A stretch of 64,000 bases of DNA. Source: Balanoglossus misakiensis (Eukaryota; Animalia; Hemichordata). Location: NCBI GenBank assembly GCA_040954595.2, contig CM082596.2, positions 9,630,461 to 9,694,460 of the forward strand, given 5' to 3'. Both the position numbers and the translations under genes were made by a program. Position 1 is the stretch's first letter. Each line of letters begins with the position of its first letter. Under the pieces are notes generated by a model, which was not told where the DNA came from, made no database searches, and saw only the letters and a program-made list of their open reading frames with translations. This document shows, piece by piece, positions 51,980 through 64,000 of the stretch.

Positions 51980-52606
51980 ATGGGTGTGGCCAGAAGTAAT
52001 TGTCATGTAAATTACACGCTAAACGTGCGGCGTACCCCAGGTGCTAAGGTTTATGCTTTGATTGGTGCATTGCAGGGACCCGCACATACTCGAAGACCGG
52101 AGATGTCAAGTGGCCCTCGACTGGAATCCTATGACAGGTTCGAAAGATATCTGACAGAGTTGCGGTTGTATGCTGAACGGGACGAAGCGGCTTTTAGTCC
52201 AGAAGAAGCTTTGGCTCGCCTGGAAATGCTCGTGGACATATCGATGGATATAGGACATAAGGACTATCATAAATACGTAGCCATGTTACGGGCTCTGCGT
52301 AAAGAGAGGCAATCACCCGCTATGCCTCAGATGTTGCTTTCCCTACTTGGATCAGGTGAACATGCAGAGATCTTAGAGAAAATTGCAAAAGTGAAGAAAG
52401 CCGTTAGTAATACCCATTTAAATGCTGGTCGCAGAGAGAATAGAGAAAGATCAAGTTTGCGATGTTGGAAGTGTAATAGAATTGGACATATAGCTAGGTT
52501 TTGTTATGGTAGACGTGATAGGTATGATCGCTACGATAGATTTGATAGATATGATGATGGGAGAAGGGAATATTACCGTTCCCGTTCAGGTAGAGATACC
52601 AAATAG
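51980..52606 (+). CDS. Gag-like protein: helical domain, CCHC zinc knuckle, RD/RY/RS-rich tail (true start uncertain, possibly spliced at 52076)
   Basis: CWKCNRIGHIARFC followed by YGRRDRYDRYDRFDRYDD..RSRS; uninterrupted frame inside the split-repeat element. Confidence 0.75.
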   Translation: MGVARSNCHVNYTLNVRRTPGAKVYALIGALQGPAHTRRPEMSSGPRLESYDRFERYLTELRLYAERDEAAFSPEEALARLEMLVDISMDIGHKDYHKYVAMLRALRKERQSPAMPQMLLSLLGSGEHAEILEKIAKVKKAVSNTHLNAGRRENRERSSLRCWKCNRIGHIARFCYGRRDRYDRYDRFDRYDDGRREYYRSRSGRDTK

Positions 52607-53678
52607 GTTATTGCTATTAGTACAGGTTTACGGTGATTTGCCTGCCTGATGTATGGCTACATATGATATAAAGCGGACACCTTGGCTGGAATTCTATAGT
52701 GTCTATTGTATTGTAACACAGAATTGATAATGATGATTAAAGGAAAATAAGAACGTAATGTAAAATGTTCTGTTGCTGTATGAATGGTTTGCACATGTGG
52801 GGAAATGGGGGCGTGCCTGGGGGAGGTGTACTGTAGTCTAATTACAGTCCCTTCTGTCTCAACTAGGCGGGGGTTTCTAACCCTATGCCCGGTTTATTAT
52901 GTTCCCCCCCCCAAAAAAAAAAACAACAACAACAAAAACAAAAACAAAAACCAATTGATTGTCGTTTTGATTATGATAGATATTGAATTGAGGGTTTTTT
53001 TACCTTTTCAGCTCTGTGTGGTATTTGTGGATGTGCGTGATGAGTATTGGAGAGGGGTATGTTTTTGGGGTACGGTCGAGAGACCAAGAGAGGAGGCAAG
53101 GGACCCTCGACCACTAAATCAAACTAAATCAAACTAAACAACACTACGCAGTGTAGATGGTGAACTAGCTACACTGCGTAGTGATTGGTTTACTATATAT
53201 GAATATGCATGAGGTCTGGTATATAAGGTTCTACCCAGATGTAGTGCCCATGCCTTCTCACGGCGGAGCATGACAGAGAGCACCCACCCACCCACCCTAA
53301 AATCGCCGACGCCTTAGGCAAGTGTTTATGTACAAGGCAGCAGTTTTAAGGATGACGAGAGAGGTACCACAAATGGCCATCGGTCACTCCTTAAGATACA
53401 GCAAGGGACCCTCGACCACTCCACAACTAAATCAAACTAAACAACACTACTCAGTGTAGATATGGAACTGTGTACTTTTATGAATAATCAATTAGCATCA
53501 ATTTATTTGTGGTAGTAAAACATAATGGCTTGCAGCTCCCACAACAAATACCATTACAAGTAAGATGATGCGCCAATGAACTAATTATTGATCCTCAGTT
53601 TCTGTGTGCCACCGATGATGTCACTATTAATTCTGTGCTAGTTTGCACTCAGACTTCTTTTTCAAGGCTGATATTTCA

Positions 53679-55402
53679 TTTTTAGGGGACCAAGCGCCTG
53701 AGGGCGCTTGGTCCCCTTCTGTTATTGCTGGAGTTTTTCTTCTTTCTTCTTGAGTCGTTTTTTTGCTCCCGTTTTGCTAAAAAATCCCTGGGTCTACGCC
53801 TATGAAACTTGGCACGGTGGTTGGGGCCCATGAGTACTAGTGCACCTGCCCTTTGAATTTGTAATTAGTCACGTGACTTGGTGGCTATAATCGAGCGAAA
53901 TTTTCAAATTGACCTAATTTGCACGTTAATGGGGGCATGTACATTCTTTTCGCGATTTTCGTAGACCATGTGGCCAAAATCCCCTGTGCCAAATTTTAAG
54001 GTCCTAGGCCACGTCGATTTTGAGAAGAAGATTTTTGTAATATTTTTCGCATTTTTTGGTGGGCTGAGGACAAACACTGGGGCATCGGACTTTGACCGTC
54101 ATTACGTAATGTTATGGAGATCTCATTAGCAGGAGGGTTGCAGTAGTCCTTGGAAAATCGGCTGAAATACGTAAACAGACCAGTGATTATTTTCCACAGA
54201 ATGAATTTTGGGAAAATTATCGGAGTTCAGGCTGTGTTAGGGCGATTTATTGAATTACGCTGAGTTTGTTAGCTGTTGCCGTTTAAATGTGTCTCTGCAG
54301 CCCCGGCTACACTGGTTAACATTCAATGTAATGCGGCAGCGGACTTTGACCCTCAGTCGCTAATGTTAGCATGCTAGCATGGTATTTGTTGCACATGGAT
54401 CAATATGAAGTCCGATTTTCCTGTCAAGTTGTGGGCGACCTTATGTGACATTTCACCTACTTTTGCTTAGTGAATAACAGCAGATGCATGCAGCTTTGGC
54501 GTGGTGGGGGGGATATACGGATGGGACCATAATGATATACCAAAGGCGGGGTCACCCGTTGCACCTGCCGAAGTCATTGATTTTGTACATTTAATTGAAC
54601 ACTAACCAACAGGGCGATATGTGTGGTTTTTGTTCCACACGGACGAATGTAAGTGTCAGTTGGTTTTTGCCCAAATGTATAAGGTGATTTGGATGACCTC
54701 TGTCGTACAGTGCCATATCTCAGCACGTTGTACAGGTGCAGCTTTGGTATTTGGAGGGATGAAACTATCATGAAATGCCAAATACATGGGGATACCTGTG
54801 ACACCTGCTTGATTCATGTATTCCGTGCATACCTAATGGTAGGCAAAGTGAAAGGGCTGCAAATGTAGGATTTGTTCCACATGACATAAACAGGAATGAA
54901 AATTTTTTGTCAAATTGTTGGGTGACCTCAGGTGTCCATTGACCTGCTTTCCATATGTTAGCATGCAAATCATATATAGCCAGGTGTTTGGAGGGGTAGG
55001 GTAGGACCTCTGCGTCATGAAATGCTAAATTCCTGGGGCCACCTGTAACTTACTTGCGTAACTCATTTTATGGTCATACCTAATTTGACCAACTCAAAGG
55101 GCGAGGATTTTCCGTTGTCTTGAATATGAACCAAATAAGAATCAAAATTTTTGGTCCAATTTTTGGGTACCCTCAGCTGACCTTTGAAGTACTTACTGAA
55201 GTACTTACAACGTAGAAGTTCACCTTTGGTTGTTGTTTTTGTACTTGTACGACATGCATTTCAGGTGGTTGCCTACTCCCCATATCTCAACATCGAGAGC
55301 AAATACAGCCTACGCATTTGAATGGTACAACCCTGAATGGAGTCTAATGGTTATTAACTCTATGCTTGGGCCCCTTCAATGCTGCTTGCAGCTTTAATTT
55401 TT
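53679..55402 (+). mobile_element. HINE-like non-autonomous Helentron
   Basis: 5' perfect hairpin ggggaccaagcgcc-tgag-ggcgcttggtcccc (53685-53716), 3' subTIR gcttgggcccc (55364-74), stem-loop gctgcttgcagc (55381-92) and T-rich flanks. Shares gaaacttgg..attagtcacgtgac with 3229-3300. Confidence 0.75.
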
Positions 55403-56016
55403 ATTATCTTTTAAGTGTATGTTTAGAAAAAACAAAAAAGAACAGTTCTTCTACTGAACGCAGTCGCCTACTGCTTGTTGATATGTGTACTGGCCCTGCA
55501 GTGCAACAACGGCATATGCTGCTGAAGAGGCAGATGTTTGACCAAATGTACCAGTGCAGTACTGAGATTGTAGAGCTGTTCAAATACGAATTCAAAGTTT
55601 TGATTCCAATTGTTACATACACCCCCTAGACCAGTATCCAATCACTTTTATTAAAAATGATACTCACACTTCATTGGCAACTCGAACACTACAACAACGC
55701 CATGTTTTATAGCACTGGAGGACTGACAATAGAAACAACCACAAATCCGGATCAAGTTGGCAAAGGTCAAGGTAAACGAGAGTCCCAGACGAGTGGTGGC
55801 GCTAGACCCGTATGCGGTCACTTGGACCAGTTCTCCTGTCACTTTGCATCAGTTGCACAAACACAGTTAGAATGCATATTCTCGTAAAGTATTTGGATCC
55901 TTATAAGTAGAAATACTTTTTTTCTTGAAGGAAATAAGTTTTTAAAGGGAAGAGAGAAATTTCATGGGCCCAGGACAGCCAAGAAATTATAACAAATAGC
56001 TCTGTTAATCACTTAA

Positions 56017-57968
56017 AGAGCATATCTTGGCTCGAAACACACCTTTGAGGATAAATAATAATTGGGCTTGTGTGTTAAATACTGTTGTTCTTTTATTTAT
56101 TTCATATGGACAAATAAATGTTAAATTTAAAAATGTTCAGGGCCTGAGAAAAAAAACTTCTGTTTGGGCCACGCCCATACCCGTGACGTCACAAGAGGAA
56201 CCCATTTACGTTTGCAACAGACTTAGCACTGTACATTGCAGTGGTTGAAATGCAATCATACATGTCTGTGATCTAAACAGCTTTGCTGTGTCAGCCTGGG
56301 TACAACTCTGTATCCCCCGTCCCCTTCAAAATAAACGTACATGTATACCTTATCATCTAGGGGAGATGCGATTATGAAAAAAAACTACTCGGCCCGGCTA
56401 GGCTACGGCTACACATTGCAAGCAGTACACAACATGCAATGGCAGCGGATGTGTATAGGCGCCCTACACATACAATGATTGCTGCCTCGATTAAACCGTG
56501 GAATATTGCCCAGAGGTTTAGGTCTAGAGTGCTGGGTCTAAATCTACTTATCTTGGACAATGTCAACTTATTGATAACTTTTGGCGATTTTCGATCACTG
56601 CCTCAACAGACAAAATACGCTCGTGTTATTACAAGGGAACTCCATCAGCGCCGATGCGTGTACACGCAGTCAGCAGCGATGACACATATCGCGCGGCGAT
56701 GTATATGTACCATGCCAGCACTAAAATTCTGTCTTCTGAATTACATGTAAGCTATATGCCTTTTTGGTGATGACAAACAGAAACATTTATGACTTGTCGC
56801 TGTAATCATGAAAGTTCCTTCACATGCTTCATACTGCATTATAACAAAATGAAACCATACAACCAACAGCAACAGGCGATCGTGCTGGGCCGACCCACTC
56901 ACGCTCACAAAGCATGAAACATTTTCATTGATACACACGAATATCCAAGTTTGGAAACGGTTTTCACTCACACGAAGCAAAATTTATTCAACACACTTTG
57001 TTTCAAAATTTGTACAGTGTGTTTTGGAGCCGATGAGTCGGACATAGTGCGACGTAAAACTTGTAAACAAAGAAATTAGAAAAGAAAGATGGCGACCATT
57101 CAGCCGAAGCCATACAAAGGTATGACTGAAAAAAATGTGAAATAGTAACAGTAATATTTTGAACGTTCAAGTTTTTACATTGATTGCTGTCAACCTTAAT
57201 TATCGAAGTTTGCGGTCCCTGGGTACCGGGTAGCCAGATAAAAGAGTGAATAATTATAAGCAATCTCGACATGATGTCGGCCAGCGCAAAATTGTGTTTA
57301 CGCATCCTGCCAGTTCACCTACTACTGTGTAATCGCGGTCGCTGGAACACTGAATGAACACCAATATCGGGTATAAACGATCAGTTGTGCTTTGAATTGA
57401 ATATTGATCACTGGTCGACCTCTCCTACTGACAGGCTTCTATTTTCCTGTAAGGGTGCTGATTGTCTTCTTGTGATTCGAACCTGGCCGATTATCATTCA
57501 ACGGTCATGCATTGACAGTTACCGCCACGGCCGTCACCGGCACCGCGCCGACTTCATATACACCGTACGATGTTGATGATCGTGGCATAGACTTTCATTC
57601 ATTTTTGTGGAACTCACACGGGTGACTCCCGTCTAGGTAATGTGTTGCTGCAACCACGGCAAACAACTCCCTTTCCCATTGTGGTATTACAGAGAAAAGC
57701 ACGAAAACAACGCATCACACCTGTGAGCATCGCTAAAGCTGATCTACCTGAGGGGAACCTCCTGTGACGTCACGTCACGTGACCAAAATGCAGCAAATCT
57801 GAACTCGGACTTTTCGAGACAGGGTGGATTTTGAAGTATTTTATGAGAACAAAACGAATATTATAGAAATCGATACCCGAAAAATATTGTAATTTTTGGA
57901 AAATATTAGATTTCTTTTGAACATTTTTTTAATCTTCTGATATGATTTAAAAAGGCAATATATGCTCT
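56017..57968. mobile_element. Probable Kolobok-type non-autonomous DNA transposon
   Basis: 16-bp imperfect TIR agagcatatcttggct / aggcaatatatgctct, flanks TTAA / TTGA, and subterminal gtgacgtcac motifs at ~56183 and ~57764. Confidence 0.6.
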
Positions 57969-58199
57969 TTGAAGGGACAGTAATGCCTAACCAGACCAAC
58001 CTAAGTTGACCCCTCACCCCATTTTCCCCTTTGAAATCAAATCCCTAAAGATTGGTAACAACTTCAATATCATGTAAATTTTTGAAATTTTCTCATTTTC
58101 CCCACGTTTTTGGTGTAAAAAATTACAAAAAATTTTTTGCTTAGCCTAAATACATGATACATGCATCTACCAGTCGCAGCCCCCAGCACTTTTCTCGAA

Positions 58200-60282
58200 C
58201 TGTAGCCATAACATGCATTCATCATCACCAAAGGGCACATGGCACACTTTACAACAGTCATGTTATTTGTTGTCATGGTAGTCAAGACGGCGCCTCTTCC
58301 TTGTGTTTGTTGCTGATGGCTTACGTGCAGTTGCCCACTTCATCACCTCTTTTTCTTTCTTCTTCCTTTCTCTCTCTCTCTCTCTCTCCTTTTTATTCTC
58401 TCTCAAGTCTTTTCTTAGCTACGGTTTCGTCTCACTGCTTCTTTTGCTTGCTTTTTTGCCGCAACCGGTCTTGCCTTTCTTTGATTTGACGAAGATGTTT
58501 TAGATGTTCTTCCTGGTAGACCTTTTTGGCACTCGGATCATTTAAGAAGTTTGGAAGATGCTGAAGAACACTTTTTGCTCCAGGCTTTTTCTTTCTCTTC
58601 CCAATTTCCGGATAAGAGAGCACTTAATCTAGGACTGGAGATACTTTATTACATGGTGGTGTTGTGCCTGTAATTTTCCTGTAACTTGAGGTGACTGGTG
58701 TACTTGTACAGTCAGATGATGGGGCTGCTTTGCTTGCAACTGATTGGTTTGATGTGACACTGGTGTTGCTTGTGGCAGAGGAATCTATTGCTGTGTTGGA
58801 CTCTGCAGACACACCTTTGTCGTTGTCAGATGAGTGTGAAGACGTAGCAGCTCCACTTTCAATACTATGTGCTTGATTCGGAATGATGGACTGCCAGGCA
58901 AGTCGTAGCCCTCTTCAATTCGTTTTCGGTACTTTTCCTTCTCAGGTGTAGTCATTACCTCTTCAACCATTTCCAAGAGACTGTTGATGGTGTACTGTTG
59001 ATGGTGTTCTTCACTGCTGCCCGTGTCTCCATCTGGCTTTCCTCAACATCTTTATCGGCCGTGCAATCTTGAAAAGTAGTTGAAGGGAGCAGCATATCAC
59101 TTGCAATGTTTGAGCTATTGATTGGATATATTCCTGATCTCAGAAAACTGTTGGTTATATTCATCACGTTGCACCACGTTGCCATGCAGATCTGAACACC
59201 CTGGCAAAAGTCTTTTGGGTGACCTCTTCGCCAGGACTTTCCGCCATGAATTCCCTGACTGTGGTGACCCATGCAGCTTTCAAGGGACCAAAGAGAGAGA
59301 CATCACACAGTTGCAGGAAATGTGATGCGTTCGGCAAAAGTCGGTATAGCAAGATGTTGTGCTCTTTTGCAAGCTTGAATATTTCGAAATCCAAATGAGA
59401 GATGTGGCTGTCAAAATATAGCACTACAGGTCTTATCGCCGTTAAGTTTGGAATAAATTGGTTTGCAAGCCATGCATAACACGTCTCAGTTTCCATCCAG
59501 CCAGTTTCTGTGAAATAGCAGCTGGCTCCTTCAATTCCTCCCGACAACGGATTCCATGATCGTGGAACGGTCTTCAATGGAAACAAGTGGTAAGGTGGAA
59601 TTGACCCACCAACAGCGTTGATACAGGCCAAGACAGTTATTTGAGTCTTGCTGTTTGCTGTTATTTGGGGAAGGGCACCACTTCTGTTTCTTGCTGGTCC
59701 AAGCACTTTCCCAGTCTTTACTTGCATACAGAAACCAGATTCATTCCAATTCCAGATCTGAGCTGGCTTGTTGAGCAAATCATGATCCGAAATAAACTTC
59801 TCATACTCTCCAAAACATTCAGCCACCTCCCTCTGGGTCACCTTGGCACGTTTCAAATCCAGGTTTCTGGTACTTACAAGTTTCATCAATGGATTCCTCT
59901 TCAGGAAGGACCTGTACCCACGATCACCGGGAAGATTTGGAGGTTCTTTATTTTTCAAAATGGTGTCTCTTTTGTCCTTGTCCAGAATAGCTTTCACAGT
60001 CTGGAATAATCTATTTTTACTGACACCAAATCCTCCTTGACCCATACTGATGATCCATTCTGCTAGTTTCTGTACCTCTGCCGTTGTAAGTATTTGTGGT
60101 GGCCCTTTACGTCTATCAATGTAAAATTTTCCAGTGACTCTGTCACTCAGTATTGACCGCTTTACTCCCCACTTTGCAGCTGCTTTTCTCAGTGACATGT
60201 TGTACTCAACAATATCTGTCACAGCTCCCACAAACACCTTTTCTCTTTTCATGACTTCACTAAACAAACAAAAACCATACAT
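58200..60282 (-). pseudogene. pogo/Tigger-like (CENP-B HTH + DDE_1) transposase, fragmented
   Basis: HTH SLRKAAAKWGVKRSILSDR; IWNWNESGF (first catalytic D appears as N), YFDSHISH, LQLCDVSLFGPLK. Downstream fragments SFLRSGIYP and IEEGYDLP lie in other frames. Confidence 0.85.
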
Positions 60283-60350
60283 GAAAAATTACATTTCTGC
60301 TAATAAATAACTTCACATTACTCTACACTATATTTTCATAATTACTTGAT

Positions 60351-61877
60351 TTTTAGGTCCCATTGGTATAGGCCTATATACCATGGGACCTTATGGGATG
60401 GGTTGCGTCTGTATGTATGTATGGATGGATGGATGTATGTATGGATGTATGGATGTATGTCTGTATGTCCGTCCACATCAAAAACTTGAAAACCGCTACG
60501 CGTATCACCTCAATATTTGGTGTGTAGGTGCAGGCAGGGCTGTAGATGGGAGTTTGTCCAAACGAAGTTGCCAGGCCCAAAAATATGCAAATTAGCCTGT
60601 AAAATGTGAAATTGATCAAAACTCTGTAAGTCAATAATTACTGGTCAGATTTCTTTGAAAATTGGTATGCATGTACCTTATGTCAACCTCACACCGACCT
60701 GTAAGTGTTCAGGTGATATCATGGATGTTTTATTTTTTATGAATTTTTTAGTCTTTTTATTAAATTTATACCTTTACTTATACCTCTATGGTTAAGCTAT
60801 GTCCACGTCTTACTGTGGAATTCTGGTCTGTGCAATAGTCCTGTACAGTGACTGTCTATTGGTCAGTGAGCACAATGGGGCCAAAATAAAAGGCAAATTT
60901 TTGGGCTCACCTGTAACACCTGCTTAACACATTAATTATGTGCATACCTAATTCCGGGCTAACTAATAGGGCTAGAGGTTTCGTTCTTGTGGGACATGGA
61001 CCAGTATGAGGTCAAAATTTCTTGCCCAAATTTTGGGTGACCTCAGGTGACCTTTGACCTACTTTCCTATATCTCGGCATCCAGAGCAGGTACAGACTTG
61101 GCGTTTGGAGGGTTGGGACTAAAATTGAAAAGCCAAAATTGGGGGTCACCTGTGACACCTGCATATCTCATTAATTATGTGCATACCTAATTCCAGGCTA
61201 ACCAATAAGGCTATAGGTTTGGTTTTTGTTGAACATGGACCAGTATAGGGTCAAAATTTCTTGCCAAAATTTTGCATGACCTCAGGTGACCTTTGACCTA
61301 CATTACCATATCTTGGCATCCAGAGCAGATACAGACTTGGCGTTTGGAGGGTTGGCACTAAAATTGAAAAGCCAAAATTGGGGGCCACCTGTGACACCTG
61401 CATATCTCATTAATTATGTACATACCTAATTCCAGGCTAACCAATAAGGCTATAGGTTTGGTTTTTATTGAACATGGACCAGTATAAGGTCAAAATTTCT
61501 TGCCCAAATTTTGCATGACCTCAGGTGACCTTTGACCTACTTTATCATATCTTGGCATCCAGAGCAGGTACAGACTTTGGGTTTGGAGGGTTGGGACTAA
61601 AATTGAAAAGCAACAATTGGGGGTCACCTGTGACACCTGCGTATCTCATTAATTATGTGCATACCTAATTCCAGGCTAACCAATAGGGCTATAGGTTTGG
61701 TTTTTGTTGAACATGGACCAGTATAGGGTCCAAATTTCTTGCCCAAATTTTGCATGACCTCAGGTGACCTTTGACCTACTTTTCCATATCTTGGCATCCA
61801 GAGCAGATATGCTTATTGCTATGTTGCTATGTGCTATGTCCTCAAATGGGACCACAGTGTCCTTGACGCTATTTTTT
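60351..61877 (+). mobile_element. HINE/DINE-1-like element with microsatellite and internal 239-bp tandem array
   Basis: 5' palindrome aggtcccat..atgggacct (60355-91), GTAT/GGAT microsatellite (60408-74), 3' subTIR aatgggacc (61845-53), stem-loop agtgtc-ctt-gacgct and T-run. Confidence 0.8.
60900..61810. repeat. 239-bp tandem repeat, ~3.7 copies
   Basis: cctcaggtgacctttgacc at 61041, 61280, 61519 and 61758. Confidence 0.95.
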
Positions 61878-62926
61878 AAAATATTCAGATTGTTTACTTG
61901 TACCTGTTGAAATTATAACATTTTGATGGTTTAAAGCCTCAGTATTTCTCGTGTGTATCCATTTTTCATCATCGAAAAAGCCTGTTTTTCCTGTACATTC
62001 ATCATGGAATACTACATAATGAAGATGTAAGAAAGGTTTGGGCAATTGTAGCTACATGCAAGCCGAAAATATTGCCCGTAACACTTGAAATGATGCGCGG
62101 GTTTGTTTACATTGGAAACGGTGTACATGTGACCGAGAATGCTTATAGCGATGACGCATCAATCTCGCGAGATGATTGGGATTACGCGTGATCAATACAA
62201 TACGGACATCGCAGGGCTCTGGTCACTTTCTTACGGTCGATCAGCAAACATGCCATTTCGACATTTGATGTCAGACCATTTTGGATTTGATCTGGTTCCA
62301 TCGACTGATTTCATCCTATATATTTATCTTCCCGGAATTTCGCCAAATTAGGGAAGATGTCATTTTCAAGTAGGCAGTACCGCACGCGGTTCCCCCGACC
62401 TCGCATTCGCATAGTATACCTCCTCTCATGTTATATGACGTGAATATTCATGAGCAACTCATTACCGGGGTCGTTCACACCTTGAACTAGTGCCATTATA
62501 TTGTCTAAAGAGCCCTGTAGTTCAACAGTAACCCTGCGGTAGCAAATGGCCAGAACGGCTCCAATAATTGAGAGTGAAAAAATCACGAGAATATGGTCTT
62601 ATTTTTCCCCTTTTGCGCGACCAAGTAAGAGATCATGTTAGTTATTTATAGAAGCAGGCAATCGCGCACTCAAGTGTCCCATACTGACCACAGAAGGTCA
62701 TGCCCTCGCTAAAAGCAGAGATGTAGAAAATAGTCGGAAGCCAGAAAAATAGCCGGCTGTATAGCAAAAAATTTCCGCCTGTAAACAGAGGAAAATCGCT
62801 AGCCTGTTTTTTTTTTATGTAAAATCTTTTCATTTTCGCCGGCTTGGGTGTACGCGTACAAGAGAATCAATTTTCACAGTTTATGACCTTACGACCTGTA
62901 AACGATTGCCTGCAAACGATACTGAT

Positions 62927-64000
62927 CACGATGTGTACTCCAAAAAGTCCAAATTTTTCGCACTATTTGCAGCATAACTCCAATGATCTTATTTGCACTG
63001 CTGCGTTGCAAATAAGAGTTCCCTGCACCGCAGCGGTGCGAATAAGAGTTCCCTGCCCCGCAACGATCTGACAGTTCTTTATTCACTCGTCGGCGACAAA
63101 AACGTTTTATTACGACATAAATAACGAATTTTTCGCTCCATGGTTGGTCATGCGGACAGAAACACACGGTTTTTGGTGAGTTTATCTTTCTCTCTTCTGA
63201 GCACTCCGTATTCAGACTTACCAAAGCGAACCGCGACAAAAAATGGCCAAGTTTCCCTGCATGTTTCTTATACCCTACAGATAAAAAATGCAGCGTAGAT
63301 ATTGAAATGAATTGGCTTTATGAAAATGCTAAAAATGACACTGATAATGTCGTTAAACATTATCACAAAAAAGTGGTCTCGAACCAACATCAGTTGACAC
63401 CTTCAGGTAAAAGGGTAGCCTTCCTGAACCCTTCGCCATCACGATGTGTACTCGAAAAAGTCGGAAATTTTTCGCACTATTTTGCAGCATAACTCCAATG
63501 ATCTTATTTGCACCGCAGCGGTGCAAATGAGAGTTCCCTGCACCGCAGCAGTGCAAATAATAGTTCCCTGCACCGCAGTGGTGCGAATAACAGTTCCCTG
63601 CACCGCAGTGGTGCGAATAACAGTTCCCTGAACAGCAACGATCTGTCCGTTCTTTATTCCCTCCTAGGCGACAAAAACGTTTTATTACGGCCTAAATAAC
63701 GACTTTTTCGCTCCTTGGTTGGTCATGCGGACGGAAAGACACGGTTTTAGCGAGTTTATCTTTCTCTCTGCTGAGCACTCCGTATTCACACTTGCCCAAG
63801 TGAACCGCGACAAAAAATGACCAAGTTTCCCTGCATGTTTCTTATGCCCGACAGATAAAAAACGCAGCGTAGATATTGAAATGAATTGGCTTTATGAAAA
63901 TGCTAAAAATTACACTGATAATGTCGTTAAAAATTCTCACGAAAAAAAAAATAGAAAAAGAAGTGGTCTCGAATCAACATCAGTTGACACCTTCTGGTAA
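62927..64000. repeat. ~510-590 bp tandem duplication with a variable number of palindromic 30-bp subunits; runs off the window end
   Basis: cacgatgtgtactc..cataactccaatgatc at 62927 and 63440. Subunit ctgcaccgcagcggtgcgaataagagttcc occurs ~2 vs ~4 times. Confidence 0.9.

Larger units (their letters stand above)
51048..53469 (+). mobile_element. Non-autonomous Gag-only split-direct-repeat element (Ngaro/PAT-like architecture, no RT or recombinase)
   Basis: A1 51048-51167 = A2 53163-53282; B1 53096-53166 ~ B2 53401-53469. C-rich tract cccacccacccaccct after A2. One CCHC ORF inside. Confidence 0.8.

Noticed and set aside
56700-57120. Possible THAP-domain remnant inside the Kolobok-like element
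   Set aside because: Only a VAVGC-like fragment is visible on the minus strand, with no complete C2CH motif.

Overview
Eukaryotic, AT-rich, repeat-dominated window with no recognisable host gene. It is probably from a marine invertebrate, inferred only from the transposon repertoire. In order along the window: degenerate Helentron-associated (HINE-like) elements and a minisatellite (1-5.3 kb); a ~24.4 kb satellite array of 175/192/194-bp monomers whose higher-order repeats change along its length (7.1-31.6 kb); a TTAA-flanked Kolobok-type MITE; a decayed Ngaro/PAT-type tyrosine-recombinase retrotransposon with split direct repeats (32.4-36.7 kb); a Mag-like Gypsy LTR element interrupted by a long-TIR MITE; a full-length L1/Tx1 LINE inserted at the LTR edge; a small Gag-only split-direct-repeat element containing an array of predicted RNA hairpins (51.0-53.5 kb); further HINE and Kolobok elements; a pogo-like transposase pseudogene; and a terminal tandem repeat. 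The two best leads are the Gag-only element and the Ngaro element's apparent expression scheme. In the Ngaro element, consensus splice sites would fuse a SAM-like Gag N-terminus in frame to the recombinase, and pol follows gag in frame across a single TAG. Everything was read by eye and no searches were run.
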